This document shows, piece after piece, positions 55,143 to 64,000 of a stretch of DNA of 64,000 nt; position 1 is the stretch's first letter, and the number at the start of each line of letters is the position of its first letter. A program made the position numbers and the translations under genes. The stretch spans positions 32,001 through 96,000 of IMG/VR virus record IMGVR_UViG_3300048996_000163; one strand, 5' to 3'. The notes under the pieces are model-generated. The model was not told the origin of the DNA, did not search any database, and worked only from the letters and a program-made list of their open reading frames with translations. The stretch comes from a virus.

Positions 55143-56726
55143 CTAGAAAGGCCAGGCGCCGTCGATCCCGCGTTCGATCAGCGGAATCATGCGGAGTCCT
55201 GCGTCGGTGAGCCCGCCGAACGCCCACCGGTTCCGGTCCGACGGCGCGTGCCCCATCCGGTAGCCGGCGAGGTTCCAGGTGAACATCGGCACCGAAGCCG
55301 GGATCACCGCGCCTGGGTCGCCGTCGTACGAGGTCTGCTCGTCGGTGAGGATCACTACCCGGTCGTGCTTCGCGAAATGCGCCCGGACCGCGGTCGCCGT
55401 GTACGTGCCACCGCCACGGAAGTGGCCTTCCTGCCGCCAGCGCTCCAGCGATCGCAGCAGCGACTCGCCGCGGTGCAGGTTGAACACGGACGTGCGTCCG
55501 TCGTAGGCGATGACGTCGGCGTGCGCGCACCGCTGGGCGAGCGCCACACCGAAGATCGTCGCAGCGTCCCACCGGCGCAGGGTGCCGTCCTTGGAGAACA
55601 CGTCGTTCATCGACCCGGACACGTCGACCATGACGAGGGTGCGGCCCGGCAACTCGGCGATGTTCGCGAGGCAGTGCCCAAGCGCCTGCTCCAGCGGGTA
55701 CGACCAGCGAAGCGACGGCGCCGCCCGGTACGCGGACAGGAACCGCATCGGCAGCTGCCTGGACTTCGCGACCTGCTCCGGGTCGGCGATGCGCGCGGCA
55801 ACGGTCGCGGCGACCTCGTCGGAGACGCCGGCCTCGTCGAAGTTGCGCAGGTTCCGCAGGAGCGCCATGTACCCCATCGACGGGATCAGCGAGGTCCACA
55901 GCTTCGCCTTGTCGACCTTCGACCCGGCGAGCGACAGCACGTCCTCCCACGTCATGCCCGCCTCGCGGAGCCGGTCGGCGTCGAGCAGGACGGACGGCTC
56001 CCGCTCGGCCTGGAGGCGCAGCAGCGAGTTCGCGGCTAGCATCGGCAGTGACGTCGGGAACTCCACCTCGCGGCCGTGACGGCGGTCGAGCGCCTGCTTG
56101 AACAGGTCACCCTGCCATGCGAGTTCCGCAGTCGGGTGGACGAGGTCGAGCACGTCACCGAACCGGAAGCCCTTCGACGCGGTGTCGTACTTGAGCAGGT
56201 TCCGCTCGGTGTACAGCCGCTGCACCCCGTCGGCGATGCCCCGCTTCACCGGCTTCGGCACCTTCCGGCCGTACCGCGACAGCCAGTAGGCGAGCATCTC
56301 GCCCGGCTCGTCGGCGCGCTGCAGCACGGACGCGACCACGGCCCGGTTCTTCGCGTGGTCGGGGAGTGCCTGGTCGCCGCCGCCGAGGGTGAGCCGTCCG
56401 CGGACGTACTCGGCGGCGCCGACGATCGCGGCGGTCCGCATGTTCGCCGACCCGCGTAGCCAGCCGAGGAACCGGGCCGCCCAGCCGGGGTCCTCGACGG
56501 CGAGCCGCTGGACGAGCTCGACGAAACGGGAGTCGCGGTCGCCGGACTTCTCGTAGAAGGTGTCCTCGCCGACCATGTTGGTCACGGCCAGGAGAAAAAG
56601 TTCGGACTTCACGTCCCGCGTGTAGCCGGCGGCACCCTCGTGGGTCACGCCGGTCGGGCGCTGCTCGGTCGCGATGGGGCCGGTTCCGGATGCTGCACGG
56701 ACACCGACCTGGTTGAACTTGGACAT
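55143..56726 (-). CDS. rsr: Ro60/Rsr TROVE-domain RNA-binding protein with vWA domain
   Basis: ELFLLAV...DTFYE, ANMRTA, QRADEPGE, TWE..LS, MGYMALLRNLRNF, KSRQLPMRF; MIDAS DVSGSM...ILTDEQ. Confidence 0.95.
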   Translation of the reverse strand: MSKFNQVGVRAASGTGPIATEQRPTGVTHEGAAGYTRDVKSELFLLAVTNMVGEDTFYEKSGDRDSRFVELVQRLAVEDPGWAARFLGWLRGSANMRTAAIVGAAEYVRGRLTLGGGDQALPDHAKNRAVVASVLQRADEPGEMLAYWLSRYGRKVPKPVKRGIADGVQRLYTERNLLKYDTASKGFRFGDVLDLVHPTAELAWQGDLFKQALDRRHGREVEFPTSLPMLAANSLLRLQAEREPSVLLDADRLREAGMTWEDVLSLAGSKVDKAKLWTSLIPSMGYMALLRNLRNFDEAGVSDEVAATVAARIADPEQVAKSRQLPMRFLSAYRAAPSLRWSYPLEQALGHCLANIAELPGRTLVMVDVSGSMNDVFSKDGTLRRWDAATIFGVALAQRCAHADVIAYDGRTSVFNLHRGESLLRSLERWRQEGHFRGGGTYTATAVRAHFAKHDRVVILTDEQTSYDGDPGAVIPASVPMFTWNLAGYRMGHAPSDRNRWAFGGLTDAGLRMIPLIERGIDGAWPF

Positions 56727-56767
56727 GAGAAAAGGCCCCTTCCGCACCGGGAGGAGCCTGCTTCAGT

Positions 56768-56910
56768 TGCGAGTGCCCGAGATCAAGGTCGGGAGCGGTA
56801 TGAGTGCCTTTGCTCTGCCATCTGAGCTACCGGCGTCGAAACGCCGAGCAGGAATTGAACCTGCGACCCAAGGATTAGAAGTAACCGCCACCTGCGCACC
56901 GGGCACCGCA
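56768..56910 (-). ncRNA. yrlA: YrlA-type tRNA-like Y RNA
   Basis: Terminal stem GUGCCCGGUGCGCAGG / CCUUGAUCUCGGGCAC; T arm GCAGGUUCAAUUCCUGC precedes closed stem CGGCGU-UUCG-ACGCCG and D arm GUAGCUCAGAUGGCAGAGC; adjacent to rsr. Confidence 0.88.
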
Positions 56911-56927
56911 TCTGAAGTTGTAGGCCG

Positions 56928-56993
56928 CTCCCGAGATCAATGTGCCAGCGGTGTTTTTCGCAGAAGAAGTAACCGCTGGCGGCGCACCGGGAG
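56928..56993 (-). ncRNA. Second, minimal Y RNA
   Basis: CUCCCGGUGCGC...UUGAUCUCGGGAG Ro-binding stem and shared GCGGUUACUUCU motif, no tRNA-like domain. Confidence 0.8.
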
Positions 56994-57065
56994 ATGCTCG
57001 GGTCACGCTAGCAGGCTCGGATCCGCAGTGCCACGCGATTCACTCGCAAGCCGTCGATGCCACAC

Positions 57066-57605
57066 CTACCTCGCGTGGTCGTGCGCCTTCACCGTCGCGT
57101 CGAGCACCGGCACGTCGACCGGCCGACTGCCGCGCTTCACGTCGTGGGCGACCGCGGCCTGCTCGGCGAGGTGCACGGCGGCGTCGACGAGCTTGCGGAG
57201 GGCGTCGCGGTCGCGGTCGCTGATGCCGGAGTCGGGGTGCAGCCAGGCGTCGACCTGCTGGCCGGGGGTGAGGCCACCGCCGAGCATCGGGGGCGGGTCG
57301 GTGCCGGCCTGGTGCATCCCGGCGCCGTACTTCGCCGCATCCTCGGGAACGTAGATGACCTGCGTGCCGGGCGCGGGCGGATCTCCACCGTCGAGGATCG
57401 ACCGCACAGCTCCCGGTGGCCACTGGAGCGCCTTCTCCAGCTTGGCAATCAGCGAGTCCCGATAGCCCTTCTCTTCGCCCCGTTCGAGCTCGCCGACAGT
57501 CCGTGAGCCGATGCCGGCCATGGCGGCGAAGTCGTCGCGCCGGTCGTAACCGAGTTCGACACGTCGCGACGTTATGGCTCTGCCGAGTGCTGCCCATTCC
57601 CCCAC
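57066..57605 (-). CDS. Immunity repressor-like Xre protein
   Basis: LGRAITSRRVELGY...FAAMAGIGSRTVGELERG...LEKALQWPPG. Confidence 0.82.
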   Translation of the reverse strand: MGEWAALGRAITSRRVELGYDRRDDFAAMAGIGSRTVGELERGEEKGYRDSLIAKLEKALQWPPGAVRSILDGGDPPAPGTQVIYVPEDAAKYGAGMHQAGTDPPPMLGGGLTPGQQVDAWLHPDSGISDRDRDALRKLVDAAVHLAEQAAVAHDVKRGSRPVDVPVLDATVKAHDHAR

Positions 57606-57671
57606 GCGGCCAATGCTGCCAGCGGGCGCACGTATGTGCCAGCACCGTCGGGCGACCAGCCGTCCGGCGGC

Positions 57672-57700
57672 TTGCCAAAGCGCACGTAACTGCCTATAGT
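57672..57700 (+). promoter_or_regulatory. Rightward promoter for leaderless cro
   Basis: TTGCCA-N17-TATAGT, ATG 7 nt downstream. Confidence 0.75.
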
Positions 57701-57707
57701 TGCCAGT

Positions 57708-57944
57708 ATGCGCACACGCACCGGCATCACAGTGAACGGCCACGCCGTTCGTGCACTGCGCGACGCGCTCGGATTCGACATCCCGACGTTCGCCAAGGCG
57801 GTCGGCGTCAGCGTCCCGTTCATGTCGCGCATCGAACGCAACAAGCGGCAGCCGTCCCCGATGGTCCGCGCCCGCATGGTCGCCGTCCTCGGCGTTCCGC
57901 TGAACGCGATCACCATCCACCCCGACGAGCTCGAAGCCGCCTGA
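57708..57944 (+). CDS. Cro-like HTH protein
   Basis: VRALRDALG....FAKAVGVSVPFMSRIERNKRQPS. Confidence 0.85.
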   Translation: MRTRTGITVNGHAVRALRDALGFDIPTFAKAVGVSVPFMSRIERNKRQPSPMVRARMVAVLGVPLNAITIHPDELEAA

Positions 57945-58019
57945 CCCCAGAAACAGACCGACCCGGCCAGTGGTCGCCACCACTTGTCGGCCGGGTCCTA
58001 ATCGGGAGGGAACCCCGAA

Positions 58020-58208
58020 ATGTCTCACCCCGAGCCTAGCAAGATCGGCACCACTCGCACCATCACCACCGACCGGGCTGCCCGCCGCGAGGACCGCGCT
58101 GCCCGCAACCGCCGGCGTCGCGCCGTCGAGGTCAACGAGCTGCGGTTCGCGATGACCGAGGCCCGCACCCTGCGTCAGTTCAAGCGCCTGCTGGGCGGTG
58201 CGGCATGA
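58020..58208 (+). CDS. Small basic protein
   Basis: GGAGG RBS; ends in GGAA, coupled. Confidence 0.55.
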   Translation: MSHPEPSKIGTTRTITTDRAARREDRAARNRRRRAVEVNELRFAMTEARTLRQFKRLLGGAA

Positions 58209-58519
58209 GCACCCCGATCGTGTTCAAGACCGATCTGCACGGCCACCCCATCACCGAGAGCGGCAAGCCTGTCACCTGCGACGGCTGCGGCGCCGTCCTC
58301 ACCGTGCAGCCCGGCCCGGACCAGCAGCAGCCCGTTCCGGCCGACGTCGCCCGCGAGGTCTACGGCCAGGAGCCCGGCGTGCTGACGTACGTCGTCTGCG
58401 AGCGTGGCGCCGCATGCTTCACCCTCGCGCAGCTCGGCGACGAGATGCACGCTCGCACGCGCTGTCGCGTTCCCGACTGCCGCGGCGACCGCTGTTCAGT
58501 CGAGGGCAGGCCCTCATGA
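58205..58519 (+). CDS. Cys-containing hypothetical protein
   Basis: ATGA overlaps; CDGC motif. Confidence 0.55.
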   Translation: MSTPIVFKTDLHGHPITESGKPVTCDGCGAVLTVQPGPDQQQPVPADVAREVYGQEPGVLTYVVCERGAACFTLAQLGDEMHARTRCRVPDCRGDRCSVEGRPS

Positions 58520-59100
58520 GCGGCCAGCCCGTCGCCGGTGACGGCCAGCATCAGGCGTGTGACCAGTGCGGCATCGTCGCCCCGTTCGCCGACCTGGACA
58601 TGCAGTACAGCTACGGCATCGGCGTTGAGATCGAGTGCCGCGACGGTGCCGCATGCAAGGCGCGGCGTGATGCGCCCACCCCGAACCGCCTCATCGACAA
58701 CGTTGTGGACGCGCTCGCCGCGCTCGGGATCTCCGCCAACGCCGACGACGACCTCAACGAGGACGACGACTTCTGCGGACTGAGCATCGACCCGCGATAC
58801 CTCATCGACAGCGACGCCGAAGGCATGCACGTCGGGTGGGACGCCGACAACGGCTGGACCTTCACCGACTGGTGCGACCCGCCGACCGGCGGCGACAACA
58901 CGTCCTACCTCGACCCCGCCGATCCTGCCGGGCCGCGCGAGGTCGCCGAGCGGGTGAAGGCGATCCTCGACGGCACCGTCACCGAGTTCCGGGCCGCCTG
59001 CGTCTGCTACGGCGACCAGAAGAGCACGCAATGCAGTCTTCACGGCCTCGACTACGTGCGTCAGCTGCTCGCAGCCATGAACGGCACCCCACGTACCTGA
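58516..59100 (+). CDS. Hypothetical protein with Zn ribbon
   Basis: MSGQPV start; CDQC; GWDADNGW...P.EVA. Confidence 0.6.
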   Translation: MSGQPVAGDGQHQACDQCGIVAPFADLDMQYSYGIGVEIECRDGAACKARRDAPTPNRLIDNVVDALAALGISANADDDLNEDDDFCGLSIDPRYLIDSDAEGMHVGWDADNGWTFTDWCDPPTGGDNTSYLDPADPAGPREVAERVKAILDGTVTEFRAACVCYGDQKSTQCSLHGLDYVRQLLAAMNGTPRT

Positions 59101-59203
59101 CCGACCCCTCCCAACGCCCGGAAGGGGCATCCAACGTGCGCACGAACAAGCCGGCCGCCCGCGGAAGCGTGACGCCGCGGGCGGCCGGCACGCGGGGGCT
59201 GTC

Positions 59204-60583
59204 GTGAGTGAAGACCAGCCACCCGAGCCGGAGATCGGCACTCTCGCGCACTGTCACTGGGCCTTCACCAAATGGCTCGGCAAGTCCTACGACCTCGGCG
59301 CTCTCGACGTGACCATGTCCGTGGCGGCCTGCGAGGACCTCGGCGGGGACCCGCCGTGGCTGCTCGTGCTGTCCGGGCCGGGCAACGCGAAGACCGAGAC
59401 CGTCGGATCGCTCGCCGGTATCGACGCGCACATCACCTCGACGATCACCAGCGAAGGCGCCCTGCTCTCCGCGACCGCACAGAAGGAGCGCGGCAAGGAC
59501 GCCACCGGCGGGCTGCTGCGGAAGATCGGCGCCAGCGGCCTGCTCGTCATCAAGGACTTCACGACGATCCTCTCGATGAGCCGCGACGCCCGCGCCAGCG
59601 TGCTCGCCGCCCTCCGCGAGATCTACGACGGCAAGTGGGAACGCAACGTCGGCGCCGACGATGGGCGCACCCTGACGTGGATCGGCCGGATCGTGCTCAT
59701 CGGCGCGGTCACCTCCGCATACGACGCGGCCCATGCGGTCATCGCCGCGATGGGCGACCGGTTCGCCGTCATCCGCATGAACTCCTCCGAGAGCGTCGGC
59801 CGGCTCGCCGCCGGTCGCCAGGCGCTGCTGAACGTCGACCACGAGACCGAGATGCGCGCCGAGCTTGCCGCGTCGGTCGGCGCACTGCTGAAGAAGGTCG
59901 ACGAGTCCAAGGCGGTACTCGACGGCGAATCGCAGGACCGGCTGCTTGAGGTGGCGAACCTCGTCACCTGGGCGCGGACCGCGGTCGAGCGCGACTACCA
60001 AGGCAACGTCATCGATGCGCACGCACCGGAGATGCCGACGCGGTTCGCGAAGATGCTCGGCCAGGTAGTCCGTGGCGGGCTGTCGCTCGGCATGACGCTC
60101 GAAGCGGCGATGCACGGAGCGATCCGGGTGGCCGGCGACTCGATGCCGCCGTTGCGGCTGTCCGTGCTCGCGGACATCGCCGCACACCCGAACTCGCGGA
60201 CGTCCGACGCACGGAAACGACTACAGAAGCCGCACAACACGATCGACCGGGAGCTGCAGGCGCTGCACATCCTGGGGCTGCTGTCGCAGGACGAGCCGAC
60301 GGTCGGTGGTGGTTGGTTGTGGGCGTTGACGTCGGAGGCCGATCCCAAGGTGCTCTCGATCTTGGTTTCCAGAAATGGCTGTCTGGGGGCATTGGGAACA
60401 AAGGAAGAAGAGACGACAGACGACGGTGGAGTACGCCGGGGTACAGCCAAAGCTGGAAACCAAGATCGCGAAACGGCGACGGTCGTCCCGCTCTTCGGCG
60501 ATGCCCAGCCCGTCTGTCCTCGCTGCGGCTTTGACCTGGACTCCAACGGACACGCAGCGACCTGCGAAGGCATCGCCGCGTGA
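59204..60583 (+). CDS. AAA+ ATPase, putative replication protein
   Basis: PPWLLVLSGPGNAKT, GGLL.KIG, VIKDFTTILS, LREIYDG, MGDRF; C-terminal HTH and Zn knuckle. Confidence 0.8.
   Translation: MSEDQPPEPEIGTLAHCHWAFTKWLGKSYDLGALDVTMSVAACEDLGGDPPWLLVLSGPGNAKTETVGSLAGIDAHITSTITSEGALLSATAQKERGKDATGGLLRKIGASGLLVIKDFTTILSMSRDARASVLAALREIYDGKWERNVGADDGRTLTWIGRIVLIGAVTSAYDAAHAVIAAMGDRFAVIRMNSSESVGRLAAGRQALLNVDHETEMRAELAASVGALLKKVDESKAVLDGESQDRLLEVANLVTWARTAVERDYQGNVIDAHAPEMPTRFAKMLGQVVRGGLSLGMTLEAAMHGAIRVAGDSMPPLRLSVLADIAAHPNSRTSDARKRLQKPHNTIDRELQALHILGLLSQDEPTVGGGWLWALTSEADPKVLSILVSRNGCLGALGTKEEETTDDGGVRRGTAKAGNQDRETATVVPLFGDAQPVCPRCGFDLDSNGHAATCEGIAA
60357..60468. repeat. 26-bp inverted repeat inside the replication gene (candidate origin)
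   Basis: CGATCTTGGTTTCCAGaaaTGGCTGT ... ACAGCCAaagCTGGAAACCAAGATCG with an A-rich spacer. Confidence 0.7.
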
Positions 60584-61299
60584 TCCACGCCGCCCTGAGG
60601 CCAACCACCGCCCACCGCAACGAAACGGATCCCCCGATGACCGCCACCCCGCTCACCGTCCACAACGCCGAGATCCGCACCGCCACCGTCGAGATCAAGA
60701 CCCTGACCGTCTCCGGCAAGCAGGTCACCCTCGCCGTGTTCCGGCAGCTCATCCAGGACCACCTGATCGACCAGGACGGCGGCCTGCGCGGCACCCCATG
60801 GGGCGTCGTGAACTACCACCCCGACAAGTGCGGCGACCACCCGTACCACCTGCACGTCGCCTGGCAGAACGGCTCGGACCTTCGCCGAGACCGGATCGAC
60901 CCGCCACGCCAGGCCGCCCTGCACGGTCGAACGGCCGCACTGGCGTTCATCGCCGCCATCCGCGCCGGACTCCGGGAGCCCAACCGCGGCACTGCTGTCG
61001 ATGGCCACGGACTTGTCGGCGTGAAGTGCTCGCTTGATCTGCACCCGCATACCGGGATGTCGAACAGCGCCACGAGGCAGGTCCGTTTCATCCACGACGG
61101 CGTGTCGTACAGCACCGCGGTGAAGGTCGAAGTCGGAAAGGCGTTCCAGGGAGAGCCGGCGGCGCTTGCCTGGCTCGAAGAGTCCGCAGCATCGACCGTC
61201 CCGCCCCTCGACGAGGCACTGTCGCTGCTCCCCAGCGCGCAGTACCGCCGACTGTGGTCGGAGATCTCCGCCCTCCCTCAGCTCTTCATCGCCGTCTGA
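60580..61299 (+). CDS. Conserved hypothetical protein (start may be 60637)
   Basis: TATVEIKTLTVSGKQVTLAVFRQL...PWG.VNYH...LPQLFIAV. Confidence 0.7.
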   Translation: MIHAALRPTTAHRNETDPPMTATPLTVHNAEIRTATVEIKTLTVSGKQVTLAVFRQLIQDHLIDQDGGLRGTPWGVVNYHPDKCGDHPYHLHVAWQNGSDLRRDRIDPPRQAALHGRTAALAFIAAIRAGLREPNRGTAVDGHGLVGVKCSLDLHPHTGMSNSATRQVRFIHDGVSYSTAVKVEVGKAFQGEPAALAWLEESAASTVPPLDEALSLLPSAQYRRLWSEISALPQLFIAV

Positions 61300-61403
61300 C
61301 CCGACGAGGCTGCATGAACGCGGCCTGCAGTCCCGCGCGGACCTCTGCCCGCGCCTTCCTCGACGCCGTTCTTCAACTTCCGATCAACCGCAAAGGAGCC
61401 GAC

Positions 61404-61694
61404 ATGACCAACTACTTCCCCGCCGCCTCGATCCTGCCCGCACTCACCGATGAGGCGCTGCAGCGGCAGACGTTCTACGCCGGCGAGATCGCCGAGCTGC
61501 TGCTGACGATCCCGGCGGAGTTCCGTCAGGCCGCAGCAGCGGAGCAGCACTGCCGGTCCACGAAGACGACCTACGCGCCGACGAACTCCGGTCTGCACGA
61601 GGCGAGGGCCGAGCGGGTCCGCGACTCGCTGGAGACGTGGCATGAGGTTGTCGCCGAGATCGCACAGCAGGTCGCGAAGGCGGGTGCCAGCTGA
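61404..61694 (+). CDS. Hypothetical protein
   Basis: AAGGAG RBS before MTNYF. Confidence 0.6.
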   Translation: MTNYFPAASILPALTDEALQRQTFYAGEIAELLLTIPAEFRQAAAAEQHCRSTKTTYAPTNSGLHEARAERVRDSLETWHEVVAEIAQQVAKAGAS

Positions 61695-61966
61695 TGACCC
61701 CCACCACCAACCGGCCCCCCACCGCCGCACCGCGTGTCATCACCGCCGACCCCGGCGTCCAGCCCGAGCTGGAGCCGACCGGCTTCCACTGCGACGGCAC
61801 GACCTTCGACGACTGTGAGGCGTGCGCGAAGGGCTGGTGCGGCTTCCCCGACCAGCACTGCGAGCACCGCGACCCCTCAGATCCTGACGATGACGGCGGC
61901 AACGACTGGTGCACACACTGCGGCTGCTGCCCGTGCAACTCGTGCATGTACGCGAGGCACGCGTGA
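61694..61966 (+). CDS. Cys-rich small protein
   Basis: CEAC..GWC...HCEH...WCTHCGCCPCNSC. Confidence 0.55.
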   Translation: MTPTTNRPPTAAPRVITADPGVQPELEPTGFHCDGTTFDDCEACAKGWCGFPDQHCEHRDPSDPDDDGGNDWCTHCGCCPCNSCMYARHA

Positions 61967-62442
61967 CCGCCGAGCGGCCGGCCGCGCTCAGCGCGAAGGC
62001 CGAGTCCGTCCTGCGGATCGCCCGTTCGATCGGCGGCCCGTTCACCCGCGCGGACTGCGGCATCCCGCGTGACGACCGCCCCGACTGCGTCATGGCCGAG
62101 CTGCTGGGCGCCGGCGTCGTGGAGCGGGCGGAAGGGCTGCGCGACGGCTGGCTGCTGTGGCGGCTGACGGACACCGCAAGCGGCGTTTCCGCCTCGGCCG
62201 TCCCGTGCCCGCGGTGCGCTGGTCTCGCGGTAGAGCTGGCCGCCACGCAGCAGATGCTCGACGTGATGACGACGCCCGAGCCCGTCTTCCTGACCCATCC
62301 CACAGTCGCGTCCGGCTGGCTGTACATCGGCGATCACTCCCCCGCGTTCCTGGCCGCGGTCGCCGCGCACCTGGAGGCGCACGAGGACCTGGACGTGCAG
62401 GAGATCGGCGCCCGGATCCGCGCGGCGGGTGGTGCAGCGTGA
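61963..62442 (+). CDS. Hypothetical protein
   Basis: GTGA couplings; CPRC. Confidence 0.55.
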   Translation: MTAERPAALSAKAESVLRIARSIGGPFTRADCGIPRDDRPDCVMAELLGAGVVERAEGLRDGWLLWRLTDTASGVSASAVPCPRCAGLAVELAATQQMLDVMTTPEPVFLTHPTVASGWLYIGDHSPAFLAAVAAHLEAHEDLDVQEIGARIRAAGGAA

Positions 62443-62939
62443 GCCCGGTCACCCGGCACCACCGTGGCCGAGTCGCCATCGACCCATCCCTGCTCGACGA
62501 CATCGACGGCGTGCTCGCCATGGACACCGCCGAGCCGCCGGAGGTGGTCAGGCCGCTCGGCGACCAACTCCGCGACTACCACCGCGACCTGAACCTCGAC
62601 CGTGAGCGGGACACCGCTGAAGGCGTCCACGACTGGATGTACGTCAGCGAGGTCGACTCGGTGCAGCGGTGCCGGGCCAGCCTCGACGGTGGCACGGTGG
62701 ACGCCCAGTACTTCTCCGAGGTCCGCAACGTCCTCGACGGGCTGACGCTGTCGTTCGAGTCGGAGTGCGGCGGCGGCGACTGCTGCAACGAGTGCAACTG
62801 GTGCCGGTTCCTGATCCTCCGCGACCGGTGCGACGTCGCCCTGAACCGGCAGGGGTTCGAGCGGCCGGCGTACCTCGACGAGCCGGACTACGACCCCGAC
62901 GAACTGTGGCGCGGTACGAACCGGAAGGACCTGCGATGA
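62439..62939 (+). CDS. Hypothetical protein with Cys cluster
   Basis: VSPVTR start; CGGGDCCNECNWC. Confidence 0.55.
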   Translation: MSPVTRHHRGRVAIDPSLLDDIDGVLAMDTAEPPEVVRPLGDQLRDYHRDLNLDRERDTAEGVHDWMYVSEVDSVQRCRASLDGGTVDAQYFSEVRNVLDGLTLSFESECGGGDCCNECNWCRFLILRDRCDVALNRQGFERPAYLDEPDYDPDELWRGTNRKDLR

Positions 62940-63853
62940 GCCGCAACCGCACCTGGAACCCACTGCAGACGGACCGTCGTCGCCGTCCGGAGACCGGGAA
63001 CCTGATCGCCCTCGACCACGCCGTCTGGCGCATCGCCGCCGTCACCGACCTGCCGTTCAGCGACACCGACCGCGAGACGTGGATGGACGTCGGCATGCCC
63101 GATCCGGCGACATGGCACGGCCGTCCCTACCGCGCGGACGTCGACTGGGTCGCCGGGGTCCGCCCCGACTGGGCGCTGACCGGACCGGTCGACACGGCGT
63201 CGGTGGACATCGCCGCGAACAACAGCTGGTCCGGCGCGCAGTGGGACGTGTACCCGCCGTCGGGCCGCTGGCCGCAGTGCTCGTGCTGCGGTGAGCCGAT
63301 GCCGTGCCGCGCGGAGATGGAAGACCGCGAGGTAACCGCGGGCCTGAACCTGGTGGAGAAGTTCGCGAAGCGGCTCCCCGGCTGCTGCTGGGGCTGTGAG
63401 GAGCCGATCACCCGCCGCCAGAAGTCGGTGACGTACGCCGGCGACAACCTGGACCTGCCGGGCGGGCCGGAGGCGCGGTTCCACACCCGCGCCGACTGCC
63501 ACTACTACGCCTGCCGGTACGAGCTGCGCTGGATCGCCGTCGACCCTCGGCGGGAGCGGGTCCTGACCTACCCGAAGTGCGCCGGGATCCTCGTCGTTCA
63601 TGGTGACGGGTCGTCGGAGTGCCGGTCCGGGACGAGCGCCCTCGGTGGCGTCCGTGAGAGCGAGCGGGAGTGCCGCGGCCACCTGACCCACGACCACGCC
63701 GCGCATCAGGCGTGCTACGTCGGCGACTCGTACTTCGTGCAACTCGCCGACATGCCCGGCTGCCCGCGTGGCTGCCCGCGCGACGAAACCCACCCCGGCA
63801 CCCGCACGACACCGCGCCCGCCGCGTGTGGCGTACGCCCAGCCGACCCTCTGA
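62936..63853 (+). CDS. Cys/His-rich hypothetical protein
   Basis: MSRNRT start; CSCCGEPMPC, CWGCEEPI, FHTRADC. Confidence 0.65.
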   Translation: MSRNRTWNPLQTDRRRRPETGNLIALDHAVWRIAAVTDLPFSDTDRETWMDVGMPDPATWHGRPYRADVDWVAGVRPDWALTGPVDTASVDIAANNSWSGAQWDVYPPSGRWPQCSCCGEPMPCRAEMEDREVTAGLNLVEKFAKRLPGCCWGCEEPITRRQKSVTYAGDNLDLPGGPEARFHTRADCHYYACRYELRWIAVDPRRERVLTYPKCAGILVVHGDGSSECRSGTSALGGVRESERECRGHLTHDHAAHQACYVGDSYFVQLADMPGCPRGCPRDETHPGTRTTPRPPRVAYAQPTL

Positions 63854-64000
63854 CCCGCTAACCGAAGGAGACCCCGATGACCGACGAACGCGACTACAGC
63901 AACGACGTGGGGGACCCGCTGTTCCCCGACGATGACGACCACTGCGGCAACGACTGCGGCGGCTACCGCGACGAGGACTCCGGCGACTGGGAGGACGCGG

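Noticed and set aside
56810-56866. tRNA gene (D-arm and T-arm sequences)
   Set aside because: Arms are in permuted order, with no anticodon arm or CCA end; it fits YrlA next to rsr instead.
35600-57060. Integrase, att sites or ParAB bounding the accessory region
   Set aside because: No recombinase or partition motifs and no flanking direct repeat found by eye; they may lie outside the window.

Overview
High-GC actinobacteriophage (or prophage) genome segment of siphovirus type; a filamentous actinomycete host is inferred. The left part (0.5-35.6 kb, + strand) holds the packaging, head, neck, tail and lysis genes. TerL carries a 501-aa intein whose HNH endonuclease lies in a different reading frame. 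The head module also contains a tandem VIP2-like ADP-ribosyltransferase, a MuF-like protein and a 2H-phosphoesterase, and the lysis cassette contains an Acb2/Tad1-like sponge and a small nucleotidyltransferase. The middle (35.7-51 kb, mostly - strand) resembles an actinomycete conjugative element (AICE/plasmid): a TraB/FtsK translocase, Spd-like membrane genes, a Nudix hydrolase, a dense TGGGC-repeat tract, an AAA replication gene with an adjacent ori-like repeat, and its own repressor/Cro pair. The 51-57 kb accessory region has a pentamer repeat array, a PIN toxin-antitoxin-like pair, a candidate acr-aca2 anti-CRISPR operon and a Ro60 (TROVE) gene with two Y RNAs. From 57 kb there is a second repressor/Cro switch and rightward early/replication genes. 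No integrase, TerS, tRNA or CRISPR array is visible. All calls come from motif recognition by eye; no database searches were run, and several start codons were refined from the ORF track.
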